Part shown: piece by piece, positions 40,248 through 48,909 of the stretch
Layout of the letters: each line of letters begins with the position of its first letter
How positions within the stretch are numbered: the first letter of the stretch is position 1
NCBI GenBank assembly: GCA_964405665.1
Contig: CAYOOT010000003.1
Location: 6,060 to 70,059, forward strand
Reading direction: 5' to 3'
Source of the DNA: an uncultured Bdellovibrionales bacterium
GTDB lineage: Bacteria; Bdellovibrionota_C; UBA2361; SZUA-149; CAZDWZ01
DNA length: 64,000 nt
The notes under the pieces: generated by a model
What the model was told of the DNA's origin: nothing
The model's database searches: none
The model's input: only the letters and a program-made list of their open reading frames with translations
Program-made: the position numbers and the translations under genes

Positions 40248-41222
40248 TTAAATCTTCCTTATCAAACTCTCAATATGCGGCCTAATCAAATCCTCAAAAG
40301 CCTGCTCGGAATCTCCAGCACCGGGATGAAACTTAAGTCTGTGTTTGAGCACAAATGGCGCCAAAGTTTTTAGATCATCAGCTGTTACATAATCACGACC
40401 TTCGGTTAAGGCCCAAGCTAATAAACATTTCTTCAACATAATTGCCGCTCTGGTAGATGCCCCAAATTGCAAAACCGGACTCTTTCTTGTTGCTTGAACA
40501 ATTTCCACAATTGTTTCCAAAACTTTGGGATGAATTTTTATTTGGCTGCTTGCTTCTCTTGCGGCAAGCACTTGTTCTCTGCTGACAACAGCCTTAACCT
40601 GATTGGCTTCGGAATTTATTTTATCGGAATCTTGAAGAATTTCCAATTCCTTGTCAGCGCTAACGTACTTCATCGGAACTTTTAATAAGAAGCGATCTAA
40701 TTGCACTAAGGGCAAAGGATAGGTTCCTGCCAAATCTAGTGGATTTTGTGTGCCAATTACGAAAAATAATTCATCAAGAGGATAAGTTACATTATCTATT
40801 GTCACTTGTCTTTCGGCCATACATTCTAAGAATGCGGCCTGTACTTTGGGGCCAGTACGGTTAATTTCATCAGCCAATACAATGTGGGCAAAAACAGGAC
40901 CATGTTGAAAATGAAAAGTGGAACTTTTAGGATCAAAAATATTTACCCCCAAAACATCAGAAGGCAAAAGATCCGGCGTGAATTGAATTCGGCGAAAAGG
41001 AAGAATATTTTTATTAAGTGAATCACTTTTAGAACAATCAATGATTCGTCCCAAACTCTTTGCTAAGGTAGTCTTTCCTGAACCGGGATAATCTTCAATC
41101 AAGACATGTCCTCCAGCAATTAGACCGGTAACAAGCAAACGCACGGTATCGCTTCTGCCTCTAATAATAGTTTCTAAAGAGCGAATCAGTGCATCTACAG
41201 TTTTAATAGCATCATTTATCAT
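40248..41222 (-). CDS. MoxR family AAA+ ATPase
   Basis: GGHVLIED.PG.GKT, RIQFTPDLLPSD, LADEINR, TQNP, GTYPLP..QLDRF, GASTRA. Confidence 0.95.
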   Translation of the reverse strand: MINDAIKTVDALIRSLETIIRGRSDTVRLLVTGLIAGGHVLIEDYPGSGKTTLAKSLGRIIDCSKSDSLNKNILPFRRIQFTPDLLPSDVLGVNIFDPKSSTFHFQHGPVFAHIVLADEINRTGPKVQAAFLECMAERQVTIDNVTYPLDELFFVIGTQNPLDLAGTYPLPLVQLDRFLLKVPMKYVSADKELEILQDSDKINSEANQVKAVVSREQVLAAREASSQIKIHPKVLETIVEIVQATRKSPVLQFGASTRAAIMLKKCLLAWALTEGRDYVTADDLKTLAPFVLKHRLKFHPGAGDSEQAFEDLIRPHIESLIRKI

Positions 41223-43201
41223 AAGACGTTTTTTAACAACTCCAATTTAGGAAGAGGGTCTGAAGGAGGATCTACCCTATGTTTAAAAGTTGAGGCAACA
41301 TAATTGTTTATTAAATCAGCAATTTCTTCTTTTTTGCTTGAAATATCCTTTTTTATAGTGCTAATTTGAGAATTGTCGGTTTTATCAATCAGACTGATCT
41401 CTAAAGAATAATTATTATTTGAAGAATTCTGAACAGCAATCTCTAACTGATACTTTACTTCTTGATCTTTTATTTCCTCAAAACGTCCCTGCAAATAATG
41501 TTTAATATTTTTTGCAAAATTCGTAATTCCGGTTATTTGAAAATTAACCGGAAGTTTTAAATCATAGTATCTTAGTTGCGAAGGAAGTATCCCAAACAGA
41601 TCTTCTCGATTTTTTATATTTTGATTTAATTCAGTGGAGGTAAAAGACTGCCAAAAATATTTTTTATTTGTTTCGCTAATAATAATATCAGTTAATACTT
41701 CAGCTTTTGCCAGACGATCAATTGCCCTAAATTGATCTTTAATCTCCAGAAGTATCGACAGTGCTTGTTGATACTTTCCTTTATCCATAAGATTTTCTGC
41801 CAAATAAAGCTGATAATAGATTTTGGCATCTTCTCTTTTATCTTCTGCTTCTAGACGTGATAATCTCTTAGAAAGTGAAGTAGTGGGAAATCCCTGAAGC
41901 ATCGAACCAATTGTCGGATATTCCACCATCGTATCGGTATTTCTAATGGAGAGATCTTCTAAATCTTCCAGCTCATTTACTCCCTGAGCCCGAGCCTGAC
42001 GATTGAGCCACCAAGAATTAAGCAGGTAATATTGCTGATTATATAAATTTTGAAAATATTCTTTCCAGTCTTTATTAATATGATCATTTAATGCGAAAGC
42101 TTTTGCCCTTAATGCGCGAGCTAAAGAAATAGTGGAGGCAAATTCTACGTCGTTTTGGTTTGTACCAATTTTTCCAAACCATTGCTGCCTTTCTTTTGCT
42201 TCTAATAAAAGTTTTAAGGCCTGATCGACATCTCCACGATGCAGGTCAATTTTGCCTTTAGCCAGTGCAAGCAAAGTTTTATGTTCAGCATCAGATTTTT
42301 CCAATTGTTGCGCAAAACAAATTTGAAAATCATCCAAAACCCTTTGAGCTTGAATAAACCTTGTTTGGTCAATGTATAAAATTGTTAAATTGAGGCTGGG
42401 AAGAATATGTTCACAACCATCAGGTAATGATATCGCTTTAATCCAAGAAACTTCCGCCAAACTGTCTTTAAATAACTCTCGGTAAACTTCTCCGGCATTA
42501 TTTAAAGGAGTTGATGCTTGTCCGGAGCTTCCTTCGGAAAGTTCAGTAACAATTGATTTAGCAAAGGCTTTTAAGGCTAATTCTCTGTCACCCCGCATGG
42601 AAAGAAGAATACCCAAAACATTATAAATGCCTCTTTCCTCGGGGTTAAATAATAAGCCACTTTTCGCAACAGAAATGGCATCGTCTAGCCTTTTTAGTTT
42701 CATCAAAACCCAAGCCTTACTCCGCGGTAACCACGTTGCATAATAGAGTTTTTCAAAACGTTCCAGAGTATTTAAAGAATCTTGGTATTTATCCAAATTA
42801 AGCTCGGCTTCAGAACGAAGAAATAAAAGTAATCCATGTTGCCGGGCAAGTTCCGGATCCCGAATATTAATTTCCTCACCATATTTTTTCTTAAATAATT
42901 CTTCCGCTGTTAAAACATAACGGTAAGCCAGTTTAAAATGAGCGACATCTACTAAATAATATTGAGCAAGAAAGAGATAAGGGCGATAATCATCCGGGGA
43001 TTTTTGCAAAGCGGTTTGCAATTTATTTCGAGCATCGATCGGATGCCGAGACAGAAGTAGGGTTTTGGCTTCATCAATCAATTCTTCCGCCGTTTTTTGC
43101 AAATCGTTATCGGAGCTGGTGGAAGAATCGGCCTTTCTTTCTTGGGCATAAGCCAAGTTTTGAAAAGAAATTAATAATAAAATCAATAAAAGTTTTTTCA
43201 T
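41219..43201 (-). CDS. Exported TPR-repeat protein
   Basis: Signal peptide and TPR-like helices (YNVLGILL...AL..F, LNNAGEVY); ATGA overlap with moxR. Confidence 0.75.
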   Translation of the reverse strand: MKKLLLILLLISFQNLAYAQERKADSSTSSDNDLQKTAEELIDEAKTLLLSRHPIDARNKLQTALQKSPDDYRPYLFLAQYYLVDVAHFKLAYRYVLTAEELFKKKYGEEINIRDPELARQHGLLLFLRSEAELNLDKYQDSLNTLERFEKLYYATWLPRSKAWVLMKLKRLDDAISVAKSGLLFNPEERGIYNVLGILLSMRGDRELALKAFAKSIVTELSEGSSGQASTPLNNAGEVYRELFKDSLAEVSWIKAISLPDGCEHILPSLNLTILYIDQTRFIQAQRVLDDFQICFAQQLEKSDAEHKTLLALAKGKIDLHRGDVDQALKLLLEAKERQQWFGKIGTNQNDVEFASTISLARALRAKAFALNDHINKDWKEYFQNLYNQQYYLLNSWWLNRQARAQGVNELEDLEDLSIRNTDTMVEYPTIGSMLQGFPTTSLSKRLSRLEAEDKREDAKIYYQLYLAENLMDKGKYQQALSILLEIKDQFRAIDRLAKAEVLTDIIISETNKKYFWQSFTSTELNQNIKNREDLFGILPSQLRYYDLKLPVNFQITGITNFAKNIKHYLQGRFEEIKDQEVKYQLEIAVQNSSNNNYSLEISLIDKTDNSQISTIKKDISSKKEEIADLINNYVASTFKHRVDPPSDPLPKLELLKNVL

Positions 43202-45550
43202 TTAAAATTTCTTCTTTAGATAAGAATTAATTAATCTACTGATACTCAGCGGATTAAGTAAGACAATTATTCGAAAGATCTTCTTATTATTTTGATCGTA
43301 GGAATTTTTCCAAGCATTCATTGCCTTGATAATGCTTGAGTTTTCCTTGTCGCTTAAATTTGAAAGATAAGAACTTTGTTCTTCCAGATTAATTAATTCT
43401 CGAGCATTAATTTTTTCATTTCGATCTAACCTTTTTGCAAATTCCTTTTTTGTTTCACCAAAATTCCTTTGCAGGCCAAGCTCGGATATTTGTGTGGCAA
43501 AAGAAACGTAAGCTAATTTTGCTTTACTGTTAGCGTTTCTTACAAAGCGATAAGCAAAAAGTAGCCAAAGTTTAAATAGTAAAAGTATTAGTAAAAAACC
43601 AAGAAAAAGAAAGAAAGGCTTTTTACTGTCAAATAAATTCTCCAGAATTTTATCCAAGCTGATTTTTTCTTGCTTATTATCATTAGCAGCGACAGTTTCC
43701 GCTTGAATAAATTCCAGGTTAGGATTGATTTTACTCATTAGTTCTTCCAGAAGTTTACTATCAGGAATAGGCGCGGTTTCATTCTCCGCTTGAGCAGGAT
43801 TAATATCGGCTACGACCCAGCCCACTTGATCAACATAAATTTCCGGCCAGGCATGGCGATCTCCCATTTGCAAAAGAATATGTCCGTCTTTGGCATAACT
43901 TAAATCAGTCAAATAACCGGTGCCAATTCGGGCGGGGATCCCGGCGCTGCGCAATAAATAAACTCCGGCATGAGAAAAATGCACACAATAGCCTCTCATT
44001 TTTTCAGCAAAGAGATAGGGTGCAGTGGGATCCGCAGTCGGATCACTTAAAATATGTCCGGGGTTTTTTGTATAAATACTATTTTTTGAAAGGTAATCCA
44101 GAATTGCCTGAACTTTCTCCAAGGGGGTCTGAGCATGCTCCGTAATTTTCTTGGATAATGCTAGATATCTTAAATCTTCATTGTTGCTATCCAAAATTGC
44201 TTGATTATTATCAATAATCAATTCAGCTGGCAGAGTTTTGGCTTTACTTCCGGGAGCTCGAAAATAATGTTCTAGCGTGTAAGGATCCCAATTTATAGAG
44301 CCAAATGTTTTTCCCTCCAAAGAATCAAGTTTTATTACCGGGGCAAAAGATGTTGCTTGATAAGCCAGTAAAAATTTTTCCGGAGCTGGATTTTTTAAAA
44401 GAGAAATTTTTATAGGATAATCAAGGGCAGGTACGGCTGTATGTTGGCTGATTAAAAAAACAGAATAACTAATTTTTTGACGACTATCGTTCATTTCTTG
44501 ATCGGCTTTACCTAAAAAGGCCTGACCGACTTGAATTTTAGGAACATCGGTATCAAATCGTGCGGCAGCTAATACCATTTCCCTGCCAGCAAACTCCGAA
44601 AGTGCTCCTTCTCTAAAATAAAGCATCGGAGCCCAAGGATTTTTAGTATAATCTCCATCGAGCCTGACTAAAGCTGTAGGTTGAGGATTTTCTCCAATAG
44701 CTTTATGAAAACCAAGATTGCTTTGACCTTCTTTCGCACCTTGTCCCACACCTTCTGAAGCCCGACTTAATTCTGCACTATATTTTTTATTAAGAATATT
44801 TGCATACAAAAAAAGTATAAATATTAAGAAGCCAGGAAGAGCAAGATTAAAAAACAAACTGCTTTTAAAATAATTACGAACAATATTCTCTCTTATAAAC
44901 AGAGGTCGATTACAAGAAAAAAACAGATAAAGAGCAAGAAAGATAATATAGCAGCAAGCTAAAGCAATAAATAAATGATGGGGTTCAATCAGGTAGTGTT
45001 GGAATAAACTTATTTTCCAGCTAAGAGAACTAATTTCTTTAGGGCTATCGATTTGGTAATTTCGATGCCCACTTAAAAGATAGATAAACAAGGAAGAAGA
45101 AATTAAGGCTTCCCAGGTAGAATAACTGCGAAAATTCCAATACAAAATAGTGCTCAAGGCCGAAATTAGATAAAAAGAAATTAAGATTAGACATTGATCT
45201 TGAAGCAGAGGAATTAAAAAATCTCTGTTTGCCGGCACTGTGGGAGAAAGCATTAAAAAATAATTGGCAAGATTTGAAATAAAATAAAGTGCAAATATTA
45301 CAATAATGTGTCGAATAACAATTTTTAAAGGGGAAATTCCTTTAAGTAATAATTTTGAAGCAAGATAAATTCCCAAAAAACTAAAAAACAAAATAAGTTT
45401 AGAAGAAACTTCGAAATTAATTATTTTGCTTACAAAGAATAAGACTGTTAAAAGAAGTAGTGAACGCAGTATTTGAATTCGATAGAAATACTTTTTTTTA
45501 AGCTCTATCTGCGAAGTGTCAAAACTACTTTCTTTCTTAGTGAAATACAT
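43202..45550 (-). CDS. Membrane-anchored transglutaminase-like protein
   Basis: Multi-TM N-terminus; Cys-His-Asp triad in GYCVHF, HAWPEIY and GWVVAD; C-terminal TM and GET..EFA.R. Confidence 0.88.
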   Translation of the reverse strand: MYFTKKESSFDTSQIELKKKYFYRIQILRSLLLLTVLFFVSKIINFEVSSKLILFFSFLGIYLASKLLLKGISPLKIVIRHIIVIFALYFISNLANYFLMLSPTVPANRDFLIPLLQDQCLILISFYLISALSTILYWNFRSYSTWEALISSSLFIYLLSGHRNYQIDSPKEISSLSWKISLFQHYLIEPHHLFIALACCYIIFLALYLFFSCNRPLFIRENIVRNYFKSSLFFNLALPGFLIFILFLYANILNKKYSAELSRASEGVGQGAKEGQSNLGFHKAIGENPQPTALVRLDGDYTKNPWAPMLYFREGALSEFAGREMVLAAARFDTDVPKIQVGQAFLGKADQEMNDSRQKISYSVFLISQHTAVPALDYPIKISLLKNPAPEKFLLAYQATSFAPVIKLDSLEGKTFGSINWDPYTLEHYFRAPGSKAKTLPAELIIDNNQAILDSNNEDLRYLALSKKITEHAQTPLEKVQAILDYLSKNSIYTKNPGHILSDPTADPTAPYLFAEKMRGYCVHFSHAGVYLLRSAGIPARIGTGYLTDLSYAKDGHILLQMGDRHAWPEIYVDQVGWVVADINPAQAENETAPIPDSKLLEELMSKINPNLEFIQAETVAANDNKQEKISLDKILENLFDSKKPFFLFLGFLLILLLFKLWLLFAYRFVRNANSKAKLAYVSFATQISELGLQRNFGETKKEFAKRLDRNEKINARELINLEEQSSYLSNLSDKENSSIIKAMNAWKNSYDQNNKKIFRIIVLLNPLSISRLINSYLKKKF

Positions 45551-45553
45551 ATG

Positions 45554-46144
45554 TTATTTATAGAGATCCTTGCTCTGAATATACTGATAGACTGCCGCAG
45601 GCAATAAATCTTTCACCTCAGAACCTTTCTTGATTAAAGCTCGAATTTCCTTACTGGAGCCGGGAACTGAAAGATCGATAACTTTACTCTTTGGCGGCAA
45701 GTCTTCTATTTTAAATGCGATACCTGGCCTCTTTAGAATCGCAAATTGAGCACTGTCCCAAAGCTCTTTTCCTCGGTACCAACTTTGTTGAATTTCCGAC
45801 TTATTCTCTGCGCCACCTTGAATTAAATCCGATCCAATTACTAAGTAGCAATTATATTTTTCAGAAAACTTTTTATATAGCTCCAGACTAGGTGTAAATT
45901 TTTCTTTTTTTAAATCAGAAAGATCTAAAATAGTATTTGGAATATCACTAAATGCCAGTTCAGCAATTTTACTGCGATCGGTAAGAGATATTTCATTATT
46001 GGAAGACTTATCCAAACGCGGCCCACAAGGAATAATCAGAACTTGGGCAAAATATTGACAAAGTGCTTTAATAATTTTTTGATGATGGATCGCTGCCGGA
46101 TTAAAACTTCCACCAAAGATTGCTAATTCTTGTTTTTCAGTCAT
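45554..46144 (-). CDS. NadD-like nucleotidyltransferase
   Basis: AIFGGSFNP, IIPC, VIGSD, W, KRPG, SS.EIR, V.QYI....LY. The HxGH motif reads AIHH. Confidence 0.8.
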   Translation of the reverse strand: MTEKQELAIFGGSFNPAAIHHQKIIKALCQYFAQVLIIPCGPRLDKSSNNEISLTDRSKIAELAFSDIPNTILDLSDLKKEKFTPSLELYKKFSEKYNCYLVIGSDLIQGGAENKSEIQQSWYRGKELWDSAQFAILKRPGIAFKIEDLPPKSKVIDLSVPGSSKEIRALIKKGSEVKDLLPAAVYQYIQSKDLYK

Positions 46145-46216
46145 AATATGTGACGATAAAAGAGGAGGATCCTACATTTCAGACAGTCTTATTAAAATAC
46201 AGTAGATTATAATCAC

Positions 46217-46639
46217 ATGGCTAATTATAACAAGGATAAAATTAATATCTTATTTTTTGATGACAGTTGTGCCATGTGCAACGCCTGGGTAAGATTTGTG
46301 CTGAAAGTTGATAAGGATGGCAAAAAGTTTATTTTTTCACCCTTACATTCTCACTTTTTTAATAAAGCAATTCCTGAAGAAATAAGAAAAACTCTTCCCG
46401 ATAGTATAATTGTTCTTAGTTCCCAACTAGATCTTTTTTATAAAACTGAAGCAGTATGTTTTATCTTAAAAGAGCTTTCCGGATTTTGGCTTATTTTAGG
46501 TTTGATTATTAATTTATTCCCTTTAAAATTTTCAAATTTTATTTATGACTTAGTGGCAAAAAATAGAAAAAGATTTTTTAAAGCGGATCGTTGTGAGGTT
46601 TTAGAACCGGAAGTGAGTAAGAGAATAGTTTATGATTAG
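46217..46639 (+). CDS. DCC1-like thiol-disulfide oxidoreductase (DUF393)
   Basis: FDDSCAMCN.WV.F, F.F.PL.S, DSI, YDLVAKNR..FF. Confidence 0.88.
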   Translation: MANYNKDKINILFFDDSCAMCNAWVRFVLKVDKDGKKFIFSPLHSHFFNKAIPEEIRKTLPDSIIVLSSQLDLFYKTEAVCFILKELSGFWLILGLIINLFPLKFSNFIYDLVAKNRKRFFKADRCEVLEPEVSKRIVYD

Positions 46640-46681
46640 TTCCTATCTCTGCGAGTCCCTAAATCTTGCTATACCTTTAGG

Positions 46682-46802
46682 AATTTAAACACAGAGCAAC
46701 AGAGAAGGATAATAATTTTCTTTCCCTCTCTATTGCTCTGCGTGCTCTGTGTTTAAATTTTCCCTTAGAAATCAACTAGTCGTCCGAAGCTTTATCGAAG
46801 GA
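46682..46802. repeat. Inverted repeat (ACACAGAG type) plus a short palindromic repeat
   Basis: AATTTAAACACAGAGCA...TGCTCTGTGTTTAAATT (46682-46759), then TCCGAAGCTTTATCGAAGGA, similar to 2515-2534. Confidence 0.65.
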
Positions 46803-46818
46803 ATAAAGAAACGATCAT

Positions 46819-47658
46819 TTAATTCTTAAATTTCAACTCAGTAGCTTCTTTTAAAACTATATTTTTTAGTTCGGTTGATTTAGGGCTGAGGCCTGTTACA
46901 AAATTTTTATAATAATCAGCTCCCGCAGAATCCATATTTTGTTCGGCAATTTTAATGCCGATTTTTGCGGTGTTACTGTTTGTGTATAGACAAAATAAAG
47001 TAGCTAAATTTCTTATTAGGTCTTTGTCTATTTCCTTTCCTTCAGCTTGCGTAGGATTGAGGCTTAGAAAATTAGAACTATTAATCAAAATATTATTTAA
47101 AATTCTTAAGTCAACAAGATCTTTTTCCACTTCCCTACATTGATTTTCATAACCTAAGGCATTAGTGATAATTTTTTGAGTATTTATTTCCCATTGCGTA
47201 TTAGAAGAACTAGTAGGAAATTTTATTTTTGTTTCCGTGCATTTGGAAATTACTTCATTAACATCTTTGGCAACATTTTTAGAATCTACAGAGGATCTTC
47301 TTCCATAATTAATCAATTGCAAACGATTACATTCATCTTTACAACTATTAATGTATTCTCTTTGTTTTATGTTACAACTTTGAATACATTTAGCTACCGC
47401 AAATTCACCAAAAAGAATTTCAAGATAAGTTGATTTTGGTGTTGTCGTAAAAATATCTTCATTAAGCGGTTTAACTATTGCTTGAGTTTCTGATTTTTCA
47501 ACTGAAGTTTTAACTTTTGAATTATTGGAAACGCCCATAGTTAAGAAAGAAACAGCAACTCCGAGAACAAAAACAATTATTGGCCTTTTTCCTCGATTAT
47601 GCAGTGATGGTCTGAGATTACCAAGTTCAATTTTAGTCTTAGAATCTGGTGATAACAT
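46819..47658 (-). CDS. Hypothetical membrane-anchored, Cys-containing protein
   Basis: N-terminal TM; CIQSC...CKDEC and further Cys residues; no recognised family. Confidence 0.65.
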   Translation of the reverse strand: MLSPDSKTKIELGNLRPSLHNRGKRPIIVFVLGVAVSFLTMGVSNNSKVKTSVEKSETQAIVKPLNEDIFTTTPKSTYLEILFGEFAVAKCIQSCNIKQREYINSCKDECNRLQLINYGRRSSVDSKNVAKDVNEVISKCTETKIKFPTSSSNTQWEINTQKIITNALGYENQCREVEKDLVDLRILNNILINSSNFLSLNPTQAEGKEIDKDLIRNLATLFCLYTNSNTAKIGIKIAEQNMDSAGADYYKNFVTGLSPKSTELKNIVLKEATELKFKN

Positions 47659-47695
47659 ATACTTCTTTCTATAAAATAAGATTATTATTTTAATA

Positions 47696-47723
47696 TTATC
47701 GGAAGATTGCTCTTAAATCTTAA
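47696..47723 (-). promoter_or_regulatory. Putative sigma28 promoter
   Basis: Minus strand reads TTAAG-N15-TCCGATAA, ~38 nt upstream of the ATG at 47658. Confidence 0.5.
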
Positions 47724-47882
47724 ATTCAAATATAGAGCTAACTTCCTCTAATATTTACTTTTATTGTCAAAACTTAATTTATGTATAATTTTGATGCGTT
47801 ATTAAAAAAAACGATTCAATGATTGTGCTGGCTCGAAAAAGAATTTTACTACGGAAGTACCAGGGCTTCACCGAAATTTTTT

Positions 47883-47959
47883 TGTAGGGGCAGCCTTTAT
47901 GGCTGCCCGGTTTACAAAATATATTTGGAATTACGGGCAGGTATAAAACCTGCCCTACA
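47883..47959. repeat. GTAG-family REP doublet nested inside another inverted repeat
   Basis: TGTAGGGGCAGCCTTTATGGCTGCCC-spacer-GGGCAGGTATAAAACCTGCCCTACA, flanked by imperfect IRs at ~47845-47875 and ~48017-48048. Confidence 0.85.
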
Positions 47960-48063
47960 TGATAACACCAATGAAGTGGAGATTCTATTAGCAATTTGTG
48001 ATTTTTTAAATTTCATCTGCCGTGAAACTCTGTGCACTCCGTGGTAAAGAATCTTCCTAAGCT

Positions 48064-48777
48064 TCAAAGATCAATTTCAATAATCGCCGCATCGCGCTGC
48101 CATTCTTCCGTGGTCCAAATAGGGTGAGGAACTTTTTTTACAGAAATATTTTTTTTATCCATAATTTTTGAAAAAAGTAAAAAATAGTTTCTTAGCCAGT
48201 AATCAGGCAAACCATCTTTACCCGCATATAAATTGCCTGTAACACTTTCTCCTTCAGTATTTTGCTCCAAAAGAATAATTTTTTTCTTAGCAACTCTGAT
48301 CAATTCTCTCAGATAAAATTCTATATTTTCCGCTGAAAGATAAAGTAAACAGGCCGAAGAAACAACAATATCAAAGCTTTTGTTAGGGAATATTTTCAAA
48401 TCTGCTCCAGAGCATTGTTTTAATTCAACATTATTAAAATTCCGCACTCGTAAAAGATCTAAGCCTTGAGAAATTTTTTCTTGATCTAAATCTACCCCAA
48501 CTAGCTTCCGATCTTTAACAATTTTACAAAGAATATGAAAATTTTGAGCCATTCCGCAACCAACTTCCAGGAAGGTTTCAAAAGGATAATTACTTAAAAT
48601 TGCCTCAATTAAAGTGGCTCGTTCTGAGCCGGAAAGAGTTTTTGCTTGATTAAAGCCCAAAACTCTTTTTTGTTCATTAAGCTGCCTTTTCCAAAACAAA
48701 TTCCAATAAACCTCTTGTAATCTTAAGCAAAGCGCTTTGGGCAAAATGTTTTTATAAGTCATTAGTAGTTTAATCAT
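48064..48777 (-). CDS. Class I SAM-dependent methyltransferase
   Basis: LEVGCG.A, GVDL, F.NKSFDIV, L.Y, EL.RVAKK.I...E. Confidence 0.88.
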   Translation of the reverse strand: MIKLLMTYKNILPKALCLRLQEVYWNLFWKRQLNEQKRVLGFNQAKTLSGSERATLIEAILSNYPFETFLEVGCGMAQNFHILCKIVKDRKLVGVDLDQEKISQGLDLLRVRNFNNVELKQCSGADLKIFPNKSFDIVVSSACLLYLSAENIEFYLRELIRVAKKKIILLEQNTEGESVTGNLYAGKDGLPDYWLRNYFLLFSKIMDKKNISVKKVPHPIWTTEEWQRDAAIIEIDL

Positions 48778-48909
48778 TATTCTATTGCATCTGCCAAAGC
48801 TATTTAATATTCTTTTTAATTATAATCATTTATTTGGTTTAGGACGATATTTGCATTATCATTATTTTTAAAACACTTTAACGATAAAGGACACAAAAAG
48901 GTTTACATA

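Noticed and set aside
47779-48047. ORFs 47779-47994 (-) and 47823-48047 (+)
   Set aside because: Both read through the REPIN and its flanking inverted repeats, so they are probably spurious.
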